From: Mollicutes bacterium Phil14 | GTDB taxonomy: Bacteria > Bacillota_I > Bacilli_A > ML615J-28 > CAG-698 | Direction: 5' to 3' | DNA length: 64,000 nt | Assembly: GCA_001940985.1 (NCBI GenBank) | Contig: MSHB01000021.1 | Span: forward strand, 148,446 to 212,445 | Part shown: piece by piece, positions 1 through 8,787 of the stretch | Position numbering within the stretch: position 1 is the stretch's first letter | How the letters are laid out: each line of letters begins with the position of its first letter | The notes under the pieces: generated by a model | What the model was told of the DNA's origin: nothing | The model's database searches: none | The model's input: the letters and a program-made list of their open reading frames with translations, nothing else | Made by a program: the position numbers and the translations under genes

Positions 1-1
1 C

Positions 2-373
2 CCAGAATGTTTTTATGGAAATAAAGAATTAATTGGTTTTTTAAGTGAAAATGGATTTGATTTTAAAAAAGGTACTATTTTAACTGGTGATACATTTGCC
101 ACTGATTATGAATATGTAGATAAGCTTTGCAAGAAATATTTTTATAATGATAATGTATTAGCAGTCGATATGGAATCAACTGCTTTTGCCCAAATGGCTT
201 ATGTTTATAATAAAAGATACTTAGCAATTAGAGCAATTAGTGATGTAATTGGTGAGACTAGTCAAGTTGAAGGACACGAAAGTTCACTTGATTATGCTTC
301 TGTCAAAAGCAATAAATTTTTATTAGCACTTTTGAATCTTTTAGATAAAAAAGTATTTACTTTTAATAGCTAA
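2..373 (+). CDS. mtnN: 5'-methylthioadenosine/S-adenosylhomocysteine nucleosidase, C-terminal part (5' end outside window)
   Basis: Open frame from window edge; motifs GDTFATD...VDMES...IRAISDVIGE typical of Pfs/MtnN. Confidence 0.65.
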   Translation, partial: PECFYGNKELIGFLSENGFDFKKGTILTGDTFATDYEYVDKLCKKYFYNDNVLAVDMESTAFAQMAYVYNKRYLAIRAISDVIGETSQVEGHESSLDYASVKSNKFLLALLNLLDKKVFTFNS

Positions 374-468
374 AGTGATATAATATATAAGGTCCTTGAC
401 TCAGTCTTGCGAATCTCCAACGCAATACTTGGTTGAAGGCGAAAAATAATTATAAGGAGGACAAAATT

Positions 469-741
469 ATGTCATGTATTTCTAAAGAAGAAAAAGCAAA
501 ATTAATCGCTGAATATGGAAAGGATGCTAATGATTCTGGTTCTGTTGAAGTTCAAATTGCTATTTTAACAGCTGAAATTAATCGTTTAAACGATCATTTA
601 AAATTACATATTCATGATTTCCATTCTGGAAGAGGTCTATTAAAGAAAGTTGGTCATCGTCGTAATTTATTAAACTATTTAAGAAATAAAGACGTTGCTA
701 GTTATCGTGATTTAATCACAAAATTAAATTTAAGAAAGTAA
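469..741 (+). CDS. rpsO: 30S ribosomal protein S15
   Basis: AAGGAGG RBS 8 nt upstream of ATG 469; S15 motifs ([21 protein letters not shown]...[10 protein letters not shown]); lies upstream of pnp as expected. Confidence 0.9.
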   Translation: MSCISKEEKAKLIAEYGKDANDSGSVEVQIAILTAEINRLNDHLKLHIHDFHSGRGLLKKVGHRRNLLNYLRNKDVASYRDLITKLNLRK

Positions 742-747
742 TTAAAA

Positions 748-773
748 AGAGGGTAAAATTTTTACCCTTTTTG
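748..773 (+). terminator. Rho-independent terminator after rpsO
   Basis: GGGTAAAA/TTTTACCC hairpin followed by T-run. Confidence 0.6.
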
Positions 774-797
774 AACATATTATAAGGAGAAAAGTAA

Positions 798-3044
798 ATG
801 AGTGAAAAAAAGGTTTTTGAGTATGTACAAGGCACTCGTAAGTTTGTTGTTGAAATTGGAGAATTAGCAAAGCAAGCTAATGGTGCAGTTTTAGTAAGAT
901 TTAATGATACTGCAGTATTATCAGCCGCAGTTTTTAGTAAAAATGTCAGTACAGCCGATTTCTTCCCACTAACAGTGTTATATCAAGAAAAATTATACGC
1001 TGCTGGTAAAATCCCTGGGGGATTTTTGAAACGTGAAGGACGTCCAACTGATCATGAAACTTTAACTTCACGCTTGATTGATAGACCAATTAGACCATTA
1101 TTTGCTGAAGGTTTTAGAAACGAAGTTCAAGTTATTAATACAGTATTGAGTGCTAATCCTGATTGCTCTAGTCAAATGGCTGCTATGTTGGGTTCATCTT
1201 TAGCATTAACAATTTCTGATATCCCATTCAATGGACCAATTGCTGGTGTTCAAGTTGGTAGAGTAAATGGTGAATTTATTATCAATCCTACAGTTGAAGA
1301 ATTAGAAAAATCAGATATTAATTTAATAGTTGCTGGTACAAAAGATGCTATCAACATGGTTGAAGCTGGTGCTAAAGAAGTGTCTGAAGAAGATATGTTA
1401 GACGCATTAATGTTCGGACATGATGAAATTAAAAAATTAGTTGCTTTCCAAGAAGAAATTCAAAAAGAAGTTGGAAAGGAAAAATATGAAGTAGAATTAT
1501 ATAGTATTCCTGAAGATGTTGATTCACTTGTTAGAGGCATGGCCGAAGACAGTTTGAGAAAAGCAGTAGTTATAGAAGAAAAATTAGAACGTTATGCAAA
1601 AATTGATGAAATTAATGCTAACACAATTGCTACACTAGAAGAAACATGGAAAAATGATGAAGATAAAGAGCAAAAGATAAAATTTGCTAATCAAATTTTA
1701 GAAGCAATAGTTGCTGATGAAGTTCGTCGTCTTATTATTGAAGATAAAGTTCGTCCTGATGGAAGAAAAGTTGATGAAATTAGACCATTATCATCTAGAG
1801 TTGATGTTTTAGATAGAGTTCATGGTTCTGCTTTATTCACTAGAGGACAAACACAATCTTTAGGTACTGTTACATTAGGTTCATTAAATGAATTCCAAAT
1901 TATTGATGGACTTGGAGTTGAAGAAGGAAAGAGATTTATTTTCCATTACAATTTCCCTGCATATTCAGTTGGTGAAACTGGTAGATATGGTTCACCTGGA
2001 CGTCGTGAAATTGGTCATGGCGCTTTAGCTGAAAGAGCATTACTTCAAGTTATTCCAAGCGAAGATGATTTCCCATATACAATTCGTGTTGTATCTGAAA
2101 TATTAGAGTCAAATGGTTCAAGTTCACAAGCTTCTATTTGTGCTGGTACTATGGCTTTAATGGCAGCTGGTGTTCCAATTAAAGCTCCTGTAGCTGGTAT
2201 TGCAATGGGATTAATATCAGATGAAAAGAGTTATACTATCTTAACTGATATTCAAGGTATGGAAGATCACTATGGCGATATGGACTTTAAAGTAGCTGGT
2301 ACTAGAAACGGTATTACTGCTTTGCAAATGGATATTAAGATTGCTGGTATAAATAAAAAGATTCTTAAAGAAGCATTAGCTCAAGCTAAAAAAGGTCGTA
2401 TGACAATTTTAGGTCATATGCTTAATACAATCCCAACTTATCGTGATGAGTTAAGCCCATATGCACCAAAAGTTAAAATGTTTAAAATTGATCCAGATAA
2501 GATTCGTGATGTCATTGGTAGTGGTGGAAAAGTTATCACAGAAATTATCAATGATTGTAACAATGTTAAAATTGATATTGAACAAGATGGTAGAGTATTC
2601 ATTATGCATACTGATTCTATGTGGATTGAAAAAGCTGCACAAAGAATTTTAGATATTACTAGAGAAGCAGAAGTTGGTAAATTCTATACTGGTAAGGTAG
2701 TTAGAATTGAAAAATTTGGTGCCTTTGTTGAATTATGGAAAGGATGCGAAGGATTACTTCACATTTCTAAAATTGCTAGAGAAAAAATTGATAAAGTTGA
2801 AGATGTTCTTCAAATTGGTGATGAAATTCTAGTATGTGTTACAGATATCGATGATAAAGGTCGCGTTAACTTAGCTAAAAAAGAAGCATTAGATAAGGCT
2901 AATGATAAAAAAGATAAGGATAAATCTGATAAAATCAAATTTAAACGTGACAAAAAAGAAGGAAAAGCTGAAAAGAAACTTTTCAAAAAAGCAGATGAAA
3001 AATCTGAAAAAGAAGAATCTGAAACTGAAGAAAAATTAGATTAA
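798..3044 (+). CDS. pnp: polyribonucleotide nucleotidyltransferase (PNPase) with Lys/Glu/Asp-rich C-terminal tail
   Basis: 748 aa; RNase PH domains, KH and S1 motifs ([21 protein letters not shown]1 [15 protein letters not shown]); rpsO-pnp synteny. Confidence 0.95.
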   Translation: MSEKKVFEYVQGTRKFVVEIGELAKQANGAVLVRFNDTAVLSAAVFSKNVSTADFFPLTVLYQEKLYAAGKIPGGFLKREGRPTDHETLTSRLIDRPIRPLFAEGFRNEVQVINTVLSANPDCSSQMAAMLGSSLALTISDIPFNGPIAGVQVGRVNGEFIINPTVEELEKSDINLIVAGTKDAINMVEAGAKEVSEEDMLDALMFGHDEIKKLVAFQEEIQKEVGKEKYEVELYSIPEDVDSLVRGMAEDSLRKAVVIEEKLERYAKIDEINANTIATLEETWKNDEDKEQKIKFANQILEAIVADEVRRLIIEDKVRPDGRKVDEIRPLSSRVDVLDRVHGSALFTRGQTQSLGTVTLGSLNEFQIIDGLGVEEGKRFIFHYNFPAYSVGETGRYGSPGRREIGHGALAERALLQVIPSEDDFPYTIRVVSEILESNGSSSQASICAGTMALMAAGVPIKAPVAGIAMGLISDEKSYTILTDIQGMEDHYGDMDFKVAGTRNGITALQMDIKIAGINKKILKEALAQAKKGRMTILGHMLNTIPTYRDELSPYAPKVKMFKIDPDKIRDVIGSGGKVITEIINDCNNVKIDIEQDGRVFIMHTDSMWIEKAAQRILDITREAEVGKFYTGKVVRIEKFGAFVELWKGCEGLLHISKIAREKIDKVEDVLQIGDEILVCVTDIDDKGRVNLAKKEALDKANDKKDKDKSDKIKFKRDKKEGKAEKKLFKKADEKSEKEESETEEKLD

Positions 3045-3057
3045 TTTAATGAAGTAA

Positions 3058-3090
3058 ATGTGGACACGAGTTTGTCCACATTTTTTATTT
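3058..3090 (+). terminator. Rho-independent terminator after pnp
   Basis: ATGTGGACAcgagtTTGTCCACAT hairpin + TTTTTT. Confidence 0.75.
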
Positions 3091-3116
3091 TCTTTCTAAC
3101 ATTTCTGCACTTATGA

Positions 3117-3219
3117 GATAAATAACCTTGCTGAATGGTAAGGTTCTAAGACTTACAGTCTCAACATCGGCTCTGGTATTTGTGATAAATAATCTTGCTG
3201 AATGGTAAGGTTCTAAGAC
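3117..3219. repeat. Two near-identical 36-nt direct repeats (GATAAATAA[C/T]CTTGCTGAATGGTAAGGTTCTAAGAC), period 67 bp; partial third copy at 3260-3271
   Basis: Copies at 3117-3152 and 3184-3219 differ by one C/T; each can form a 6-bp hairpin AACCTT/AAGGTT. Confidence 0.6.
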
Positions 3220-3357
3220 ATATAATCGATTTTTTGAGACAGATGAATATTATTGGAGCAATAATCTTGCTTATTATATCAAGCAATATAATTTAAGATT
3301 GCCAAAAGATTTTGAAGATTTGATTCTAGAACGATTAGGTTTAAAACAGAAAGAATG
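3206..3357 (+). pseudogene. Start-less C-terminal gene remnant (…YYWSNNLAYYIKQYNLRLPKDFEDLILERLGLKQKE*)
   Basis: ~50-codon protein-like open frame with no start codon, overlapping the repeat region in otherwise non-coding DNA. Confidence 0.3.
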
Positions 3358-3881
3358 AAATATTTTTAACTGATAGGCAAAATCATAAATAAATTTTTAA
3401 TTAAGCAACTTATGTACAAGTTATACTTACAATTGGCCGTAAATATGTAGAAATTATAATAGCAAAATAAGAAATAATTTCATAGGCAATATTGTTACAT
3501 ATGAGAATATGTAGAAGACAAACTTTTTGCTAGTTTTTTATAAAAAATAAAAATATTATAAGATTACTTTATTTAATAATTAATTATAATTTGAAAATGA
3601 TAATAGTCTTGCCAAGTTGCAAGATTCTGATATTGTTGAATACTAATCAAATTGCTTTTAAAACGCAAGAAGTTGAATAAACTATCTATTTGTGATAGTA
3701 TAAGTAGTGGCAAAAAATGATGAAAAAGAAGTATTATGATTCTGCTTTTTTGGTTGATAAAAAGAAAGATTATTATAGAAATGGAGATACATATAATTAT
3801 CATTCTTTTAATAATTATGATGCTTGTCTGAAATTCAATGAATTGAAAAATATACAGGTTTAAATAAAGGAAGGGGAGACT

Positions 3882-4223
3882 ATGAGGGTTTACGAAGAAT
3901 TTCACGGTGGTATTAGAGGTAAAGATATTGGTAGTGAATTGCGTAAAATTGTCTTTGAAGTGAAAAAAACGAAGGATAAGATGTTTAAAATATTGACTGG
4001 ATATGGATCAACTTCTGGTAAATCAGTATCAAAAAATTATGCTTTAAAATCGCTTAAAAAGATGAAAAGTGAAGGAATTATTAATGGATATTTACCTGGT
4101 GAAGTGAAGTCGCAATTGTTAAATGAAACATCACAGTTTTATGAGGATAAGTTAAAGTATGGTAGTGTTATTAAAAATGATAAAGATTATGGAAATGATG
4201 GAATAATATTTATATTTCTATAA
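3882..4223 (+). CDS. Smr-domain small protein
   Basis: Strong RBS AAGGAAGGGGAG; Smr-like motif EFHGG...KILTGYGSTSGKSV...ALKSL. Confidence 0.5.
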   Translation: MRVYEEFHGGIRGKDIGSELRKIVFEVKKTKDKMFKILTGYGSTSGKSVSKNYALKSLKKMKSEGIINGYLPGEVKSQLLNETSQFYEDKLKYGSVIKNDKDYGNDGIIFIFL

Positions 4224-4335
4224 AATGATTATATTTTGTTCGAAAAATTTGTTGAAAATTTTCGAATTAATGATATAATGTTTATGTCATCTATACCTAA
4301 AATGATTGTTTTTTTATATCAGTGGAGGTATTAAT

Positions 4336-4566
4336 ATGGATGACAAAAAAATTGAAACTAAATGGAATGTTATTTTCGCTAAAAATCTAAGTGCTTTAAA
4401 AGAGAAAAATGGTTATTCACTAGAAGAACTAGCTTTCTATTTAGAGGTTGATACTAAAACAGTATTCAATTGGTTGAAAAATGTTAAAGTGCCACAATTA
4501 GATAGTTTAGTCAAAATAGCTAATTACTTTAATGTTTCAGTAGTTAGACTTATTAGTGCGAACTAA
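4336..4566 (+). CDS. XRE-family helix-turn-helix transcriptional regulator (small)
   Basis: GGAGG RBS; HTH motif NGYSLEELAFYLEVDTKTVFNWLKN. Confidence 0.55.
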   Translation: MDDKKIETKWNVIFAKNLSALKEKNGYSLEELAFYLEVDTKTVFNWLKNVKVPQLDSLVKIANYFNVSVVRLISAN

Positions 4567-4595
4567 TGAGTCTTTTTTTCTATGTCATAAAAAAC

Positions 4596-4624
4596 TTGAA
4601 AAAAAGTAATTATTAGTGTATAAT
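4596..4624 (+). promoter_or_regulatory. Candidate sigma-A promoter for rnpB (TTGAAA-17-TATAAT)
   Basis: -35 at 4596-4601, -10 at 4619-4624 just upstream of the RNase P RNA 5' end. Confidence 0.45.
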
Positions 4625-4978
4625 CATAACGTATTCGGGTAATCGAGCGGCAATGCCGTTAGGAAAGTCCTTGCTAGCACTGGCTGCGATGCCGGTAGTG
4701 TTTATGCCTAATTAATAAATAAGTTAGGACACGTGTGGGAGCGTGATGGCAGGGAACAAACCTAAGTGTTTATATGGTTTGCTCCCTATAAAGTGCCACA
4801 GTGACGATGCTTTTGGAAACAAAAGTAGTGAAACGGGTAAACCCCTTAAGCTAGAAACCCAAATTTTGGTAGGGGAATCTTAACTAAGAAAATGAACTAA
4901 AGTTAAGGCTGAATATTTCAGAGATAAATGATTACCACTTTCTTTTGAAAGTACAGAACAAGGCTTACAGAATACAAA
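4623..4978 (+). ncRNA. rnpB: RNase P RNA, type B (Firmicute type)
   Basis: Matches B. subtilis rnpB blocks: AACGTATTCGGGTAATCG, AGGAAAGTCC, AGTGCCACAGTGACGA, GGTAAACCCC, GAAACCCAAATTTTGGTAGGGGAA, GGCTTACAGAA at 3' end; no ORF. Confidence 0.85.
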
Positions 4979-5008
4979 ATCCTTCCTCTTTATGAGGATT
5001 TTTTTGGA
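4976..5008 (+). terminator. Terminator-like hairpin + T-run after rnpB
   Basis: AATCCT...AGGATT / TCCTC...GAGGA hairpin followed by TTTTTTT. Confidence 0.45.
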
Positions 5009-5015
5009 GGATATT

Positions 5016-5594
5016 ATGTTTAATGAATGTAAATATGTAATTAGTGCAGTAAGTAAAAAGCAATTTCCTAACGAAAATAATCTTAATGAATTTGTGTTTG
5101 TTGGAAGAAGTAATGTTGGGAAAAGTAGTTTTATTAATGCACTAACAAATAGAAAAATGCTTGCAAAGACATCATCTAAACCAGGAAAAACTCGCGCAAT
5201 AAACTTTTTCTTAATAGACCAAAAAATGTACTTGGTAGACCTTCCTGGATATGGATATGCTAGTCATAGCCAATCAACAAGGGAAAGTTTTGGTGATTAT
5301 ATTGAAGAATATTTAACTGATAATAGTAACTTAAAAGCAGTCTTTTTATTGGTTGATACAAAGGTTGGCCCAACAAAAGATGATGTTTTAATGTATGAAT
5401 ATCTTAAATATTTGAATTTGAATATTGTGGTGGTGGGGACAAAATCAGACAAAGTTGGTTCTACTCAACTTTTGAAACAAGCCAAAAACATTTCGAACAT
5501 TTTGAATTTACCACTTAACAATGTAATTTTAACTTCTTCAGAGAAAAAAAATGGTTTTGATAAAATAATAGCAATCATTTCTAGTTTTGAATAA
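5016..5594 (+). CDS. engB: ribosome biogenesis GTP-binding protein EngB/YsxC
   Basis: GGAGG RBS then ATG 5016 (MFNECKYV); GRSNVGKSS P-loop, DLPGYG. The ORF-track start 4992 lies inside the terminator and is rejected. Confidence 0.9.
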   Translation: MFNECKYVISAVSKKQFPNENNLNEFVFVGRSNVGKSSFINALTNRKMLAKTSSKPGKTRAINFFLIDQKMYLVDLPGYGYASHSQSTRESFGDYIEEYLTDNSNLKAVFLLVDTKVGPTKDDVLMYEYLKYLNLNIVVVGTKSDKVGSTQLLKQAKNISNILNLPLNNVILTSSEKKNGFDKIIAIISSFE

Positions 5595-5598
5595 ATAT

Positions 5599-5625
5599 AA
5601 AGCAGCTTCGACTGCTTTTTTATTT
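5599..5625 (+). terminator. Rho-independent terminator after engB
   Basis: AAGCAGCttcgaCTGCTT + TTTTTT. Confidence 0.65.
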
Positions 5626-5691
5626 TATAAGCACTTTGCTAGTTATACTTTTTAATTTGTATGAATATAATTATTTAGGTGAGGTATATCT

Positions 5692-6471
5692 ATGGAATTG
5701 AGAATAAGATGTGATGCAAAAGTTACTTTGAAAGGACTAGTAAATCTAGTTAATGTTATGTGTGATATTAATGAGTATAAAACAGATGGTAATACATTAC
5801 TTGGCTCAGTTAATGTAAAGGGAAATTATATTAAAGATGATTTAAATACAACTTATGATTTTAAAGAAACTGTTCCTTTTACAGTAGTGTTTAAAGATGA
5901 TATAAAACAAATCCAAAAAATCGAAGTTGAAGACTTTTTAGCTAATGAGATTATTAATAATGGTATTGAATGCAAATTTAATATACATATTGAATATCAA
6001 AATGAAAAAAATGATGATGATGTTGTAACGGCAGAAAGTATTAATATAATTAAAGATGAAGAGATTTCTGAAATTAATACTACTAATAATGAAGATGAAA
6101 AAATAAAAGAAGATATTAATAAAAAATATGATCAATTATTAGAAGAAATTTTAGAAAGTCGTGATGACAATTTTTTAGAAGAGGAAGAACCTCAAGATGA
6201 AAAAGAATCATTAGACGCAGAAAGTATTATTGAAGATGAAAATATAGAGGAAAAAGTTGAAAGCAATTTTAAAATAACTAATTCAAATAGTAAAGTAAAG
6301 CCTAATTTTTCTAATATTAGAAGTTCATATAGCAGTTATCATGTTTATTATCCAAAAGAAGAATCAGAACTTGAAAAAATTTGTTCAAAAGAAAAAATCA
6401 GCATTGATAGAGTTTATAAAGATAAAGCGAATAAGGATTTTAAGGATAAAAAAAGAATCATTATAAAATGA
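5692..6471 (+). CDS. acidic protein, candidate SpoVID-like (N-terminal SpoVID/DUF3794-like region, Glu/Asp-rich C-terminal half)
   Basis: 259 aa; acidic low-complexity C-terminus; sits after engB(ysxC) and before a YsxE-like gene, as spoVID-ysxE would in B. subtilis if the hem operon were absent. Confidence 0.3.
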   Translation: MELRIRCDAKVTLKGLVNLVNVMCDINEYKTDGNTLLGSVNVKGNYIKDDLNTTYDFKETVPFTVVFKDDIKQIQKIEVEDFLANEIINNGIECKFNIHIEYQNEKNDDDVVTAESINIIKDEEISEINTTNNEDEKIKEDINKKYDQLLEEILESRDDNFLEEEEPQDEKESLDAESIIEDENIEEKVESNFKITNSNSKVKPNFSNIRSSYSSYHVYYPKEESELEKICSKEKISIDRVYKDKANKDFKDKKRIIIK

Positions 6472-7403
6472 GTGATGAAAGAGAAATAATAAAAAGTGCT
6501 AGTGGGTATTACCGCTTAAGATTTCAAAATTATAATAAAATTACTTCAAAAACATATAAGTTGGTTTGTGAAGAAGGTAAATGTTATGTTATGAAAAAAA
6601 CATCACTTTATACAAATGAAAAATATGATTTTTTAAGAAGTCAAGGGATAGATAATGTTGTATATCCAATTCAAAACACGATGGGTAAATATGTTACTAA
6701 AAAAGATAATCAACTTTACTACTTAATGGAATATTTTCCAACTGTTGAGACTTTAGATGAAATAAAAGCTAGTCAAATGAATAATCAATTAATTGATTTG
6801 CATTTAAACACTTATTATAAAAAACAACTATCCCCAAAGAACTCACGAAAAAAGATGGAAGATATATATGAATATTTACAATATAAATTTAATGTAATTG
6901 AAGTTTTTATTAGGACATTAGAAGCAAGACCTTTTGATGAATATAGTATAACTATTTTAAAAAATTATCATTATATTCTAGATGCTAAAAAAGCAATGGG
7001 AAAGTTACAAAAAAGATTAATTTCTGATATAAAAGAAAAAAGAAGTGTTAATTATTCTTTCGTTCATAATAATCCTAAATTAAATCATTTAATTAATAAT
7101 GAAGGACATCAATACTTAATTAGTTTAGAAAACTCAAAAGTTGGTATTCCTTCGCTAGATATTGTCAAGTTTTATCTTGAAACAGAAGATTTAAATATTG
7201 ACAAGAAAGAAATAATAATGAATTATTTTTCTCATTACAGTGATGATTTTTATTTTGATTACTTTTGTTTCTTTGTTTTAGTTTACTATATAAAAGGAAT
7301 TGTTATTATAGATAAAGATTACATTAGTAGTCAAAGCTTTTTATATGCATCTAGTGCCATAAAAAAATTTATGTCTACATTTGATTTGAATGAAGAAAAA
7401 TAG
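6468..7403 (+). CDS. CotS/YsxE-like spore-coat-kinase-family protein (possibly a degenerate kinase)
   Basis: 311 aa; ATGA overlap with upstream ORF; CotS/APH-like N-terminal lobe (YKLVCEEGKCYVMKK...YYLMEY) but no clear HGD catalytic motif. Confidence 0.35.
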   Translation: MSDEREIIKSASGYYRLRFQNYNKITSKTYKLVCEEGKCYVMKKTSLYTNEKYDFLRSQGIDNVVYPIQNTMGKYVTKKDNQLYYLMEYFPTVETLDEIKASQMNNQLIDLHLNTYYKKQLSPKNSRKKMEDIYEYLQYKFNVIEVFIRTLEARPFDEYSITILKNYHYILDAKKAMGKLQKRLISDIKEKRSVNYSFVHNNPKLNHLINNEGHQYLISLENSKVGIPSLDIVKFYLETEDLNIDKKEIIMNYFSHYSDDFYFDYFCFFVLVYYIKGIVIIDKDYISSQSFLYASSAIKKFMSTFDLNEEK

Positions 7404-7490
7404 CTTTTGAGACTTTGTTTAAAATAGAAAAATATTTAAGTTGACTTTGTTAGAGTAATATGATACAATAATATAGTTATTGGTGAATAT

Positions 7491-7871
7491 ATGAAATGGT
7501 CTCTTCAACAACTTTTAAAATACACTCAAAAACCATATGAATTCAAAGAAAAATATGATTTTTGTGAGTATATTAATGGTATCGATGATATTATTGATAT
7601 TAGTGAATTCTATGTAAAAGGTACTGCTATTCATTTGTTGGATAACAGATTTGAATTTCATTTGTCAATAAAAGGAGAATTAACTTTACAAGATGCAAGA
7701 ACATTAGAACCTATTGCATACCCAATATCTTTAAATGTTGTAGAAGTCTTTGATAAAGTTATGGACGAAGATGAAGATGTTCGCATAATTGAAAAGAACA
7801 CTATCGATTTATATGATGTTGTATGGGAAAATATTTTATTAGAAAAACCAATAAGAGTTGTAAAAGAATAA
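7491..7871 (+). CDS. yceD: YceD/DUF177 family protein (large-subunit accumulation protein)
   Basis: 126 aa; immediately upstream of rpmF, the conserved yceD-rpmF arrangement. Confidence 0.65.
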   Translation: MKWSLQQLLKYTQKPYEFKEKYDFCEYINGIDDIIDISEFYVKGTAIHLLDNRFEFHLSIKGELTLQDARTLEPIAYPISLNVVEVFDKVMDEDEDVRIIEKNTIDLYDVVWENILLEKPIRVVKE

Positions 7872-7893
7872 TTAGCAAAGAGGTGAAATTTCG

Positions 7894-8193
7894 ATGGGTG
7901 CTATAGCTCCTCAAAGACGTATCTCAAAAACTAGAAAACGTCAACGTCGTAGTCATTTCAAATTAGAAACTCCAGGTATGATGGTTTGTCCTAATTGTGG
8001 TGAAATGAAATTAGCTCACGTAGTATGTAAAGAATGCGGTTACTATGATGGTAAATTAGTTAAAGAAATCAAAGTAAAAGAAGCTGAACAAACTGCAGAT
8101 GAGAAAAAGGCTGCTGAAAAAGAAGCAAAGAAATCTGAAAAAGCTGCCAAAAAAGAAGCTAAGAAGGCTGAAAAAGCTGAAAAAGCTGAATAA
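7894..8193 (+). CDS. rpmF: 50S ribosomal protein L32 with ~40-aa KAE-repeat C-terminal extension
   Basis: N-terminal 57 aa match Firmicute L32 ([44 protein letters not shown]); tail is [26 protein letters not shown]. Confidence 0.9.
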   Translation: MGAIAPQRRISKTRKRQRRSHFKLETPGMMVCPNCGEMKLAHVVCKECGYYDGKLVKEIKVKEAEQTADEKKAAEKEAKKSEKAAKKEAKKAEKAEKAE

Positions 8194-8236
8194 TTTAATA
8201 GGGTAGTTATAATTTTATAATTATAATTATTTTAAA

Positions 8237-8268
8237 TAAAAGCACTTTATGTTAAGTGCTTTTTATTT
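8237..8268 (+). terminator. Rho-independent terminator after rpmF
   Basis: AAAGCACTTtatgttAAGTGCTTT + T-run. Confidence 0.65.
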
Positions 8269-8302
8269 TTTTATATGATTATTAAAAAAAATAAAAAAAT
8301 GC

Positions 8303-8331
8303 TTGCATTTATTTTGAAGTTGTTATACAAT
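8303..8331 (+). promoter_or_regulatory. Candidate Pmra promoter (TTGCAT-17-TACAAT)
   Basis: Good -35/-10 spacing upstream of mraZ. Confidence 0.45.
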
Positions 8332-8367
8332 ATTAGTGGGAGGAAGTGGGGGAATGTGGAGGTTGCT

Positions 8368-8787
8368 ATGTTTATAGGTCAATATCAATTTAATATCGAT
8401 GAAAAAGGTCGACTAGTAATTCCTCAAGAATTCAGAAAAAAACTTGGTACTGAAGTTATTATTAACAAAGGTATTGAGAATTGTATATCATTATACAAAA
8501 TGTCTGATTGGGAACAATTAGTTGAAAAAATAGCAACACTTCCATTTAACCGCAGTGAGAATAGACAATTTAATAGATATTTCATGTCATCCGCTTTTAA
8601 AAAAGAATTAGATAGTCAAGGTAGAATAAATATAGATAATATTTTAATAGATTATGCTGGCATCAAAAAAGAATGTGTTATTATTGGTGCTGGACCAGTA
8701 ATTGAAATTTGGGCAAAAGATAAATGGGAGATTATTGAATCTGGTCGTGATCAACTAGATGAAATAAGTGAAAGATTAGCTTTATGA
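8368..8787 (+). CDS. mraZ: transcriptional regulator MraZ
   Basis: Starts MFIGQYQFNIDEKGRLVIPQEFR (canonical MraZ N-terminus) after a GGAGG RBS; two DXXXR-type repeats. The ORF-track start 8275 is rejected. Confidence 0.9.
   Translation: MFIGQYQFNIDEKGRLVIPQEFRKKLGTEVIINKGIENCISLYKMSDWEQLVEKIATLPFNRSENRQFNRYFMSSAFKKELDSQGRINIDNILIDYAGIKKECVIIGAGPVIEIWAKDKWEIIESGRDQLDEISERLAL

Noticed and set aside
2451-2652. Two 63-aa ORFs (both strands) inside pnp
   Set aside because: Entirely embedded in a well-supported PNPase frame; products are low-complexity.
3117-3271. Possible CRISPR array (repeated 36-nt unit)
   Set aside because: Only two full copies plus a fragment, an irregular 67-bp period and no cas genes nearby. 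The repeats overlap a decayed coding frame, so this is more likely a tandem duplication or gene remnant.
3573-3905. 110-aa minus-strand ORF in the non-coding island
   Set aside because: Extremely Ile/Phe/Leu-rich low-complexity translation typical of the antisense of AT-rich DNA; no RBS; overlaps the Smr gene start.
4992-5015. Upstream extension of engB (MRIFLEDI...)
   Set aside because: Starts within the rnpB terminator hairpin and lacks an RBS; ATG 5016 has a GGAGG at ideal spacing and matches EngB N-termini.
5938-6135. Antisense ORFs inside annotated genes (also 8860-9072, 9524-9736, 11553-11888, 12787-13062, 16636-16878, 17730-18005, 19315-19512, 20289-20519, 22118-22315, 22825-23007, 26743-27024)
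   Set aside because: Embedded in or antisense to strongly supported genes, low-complexity (I/F/L/N-rich) products, no RBS.
8275-8367. Upstream extension of mraZ (MIIKKNKKMLAF...)
   Set aside because: MraZ proteins start MF(M/I)G..; the extension would cover the predicted promoter, and the RBS GGAGG precedes ATG 8368.
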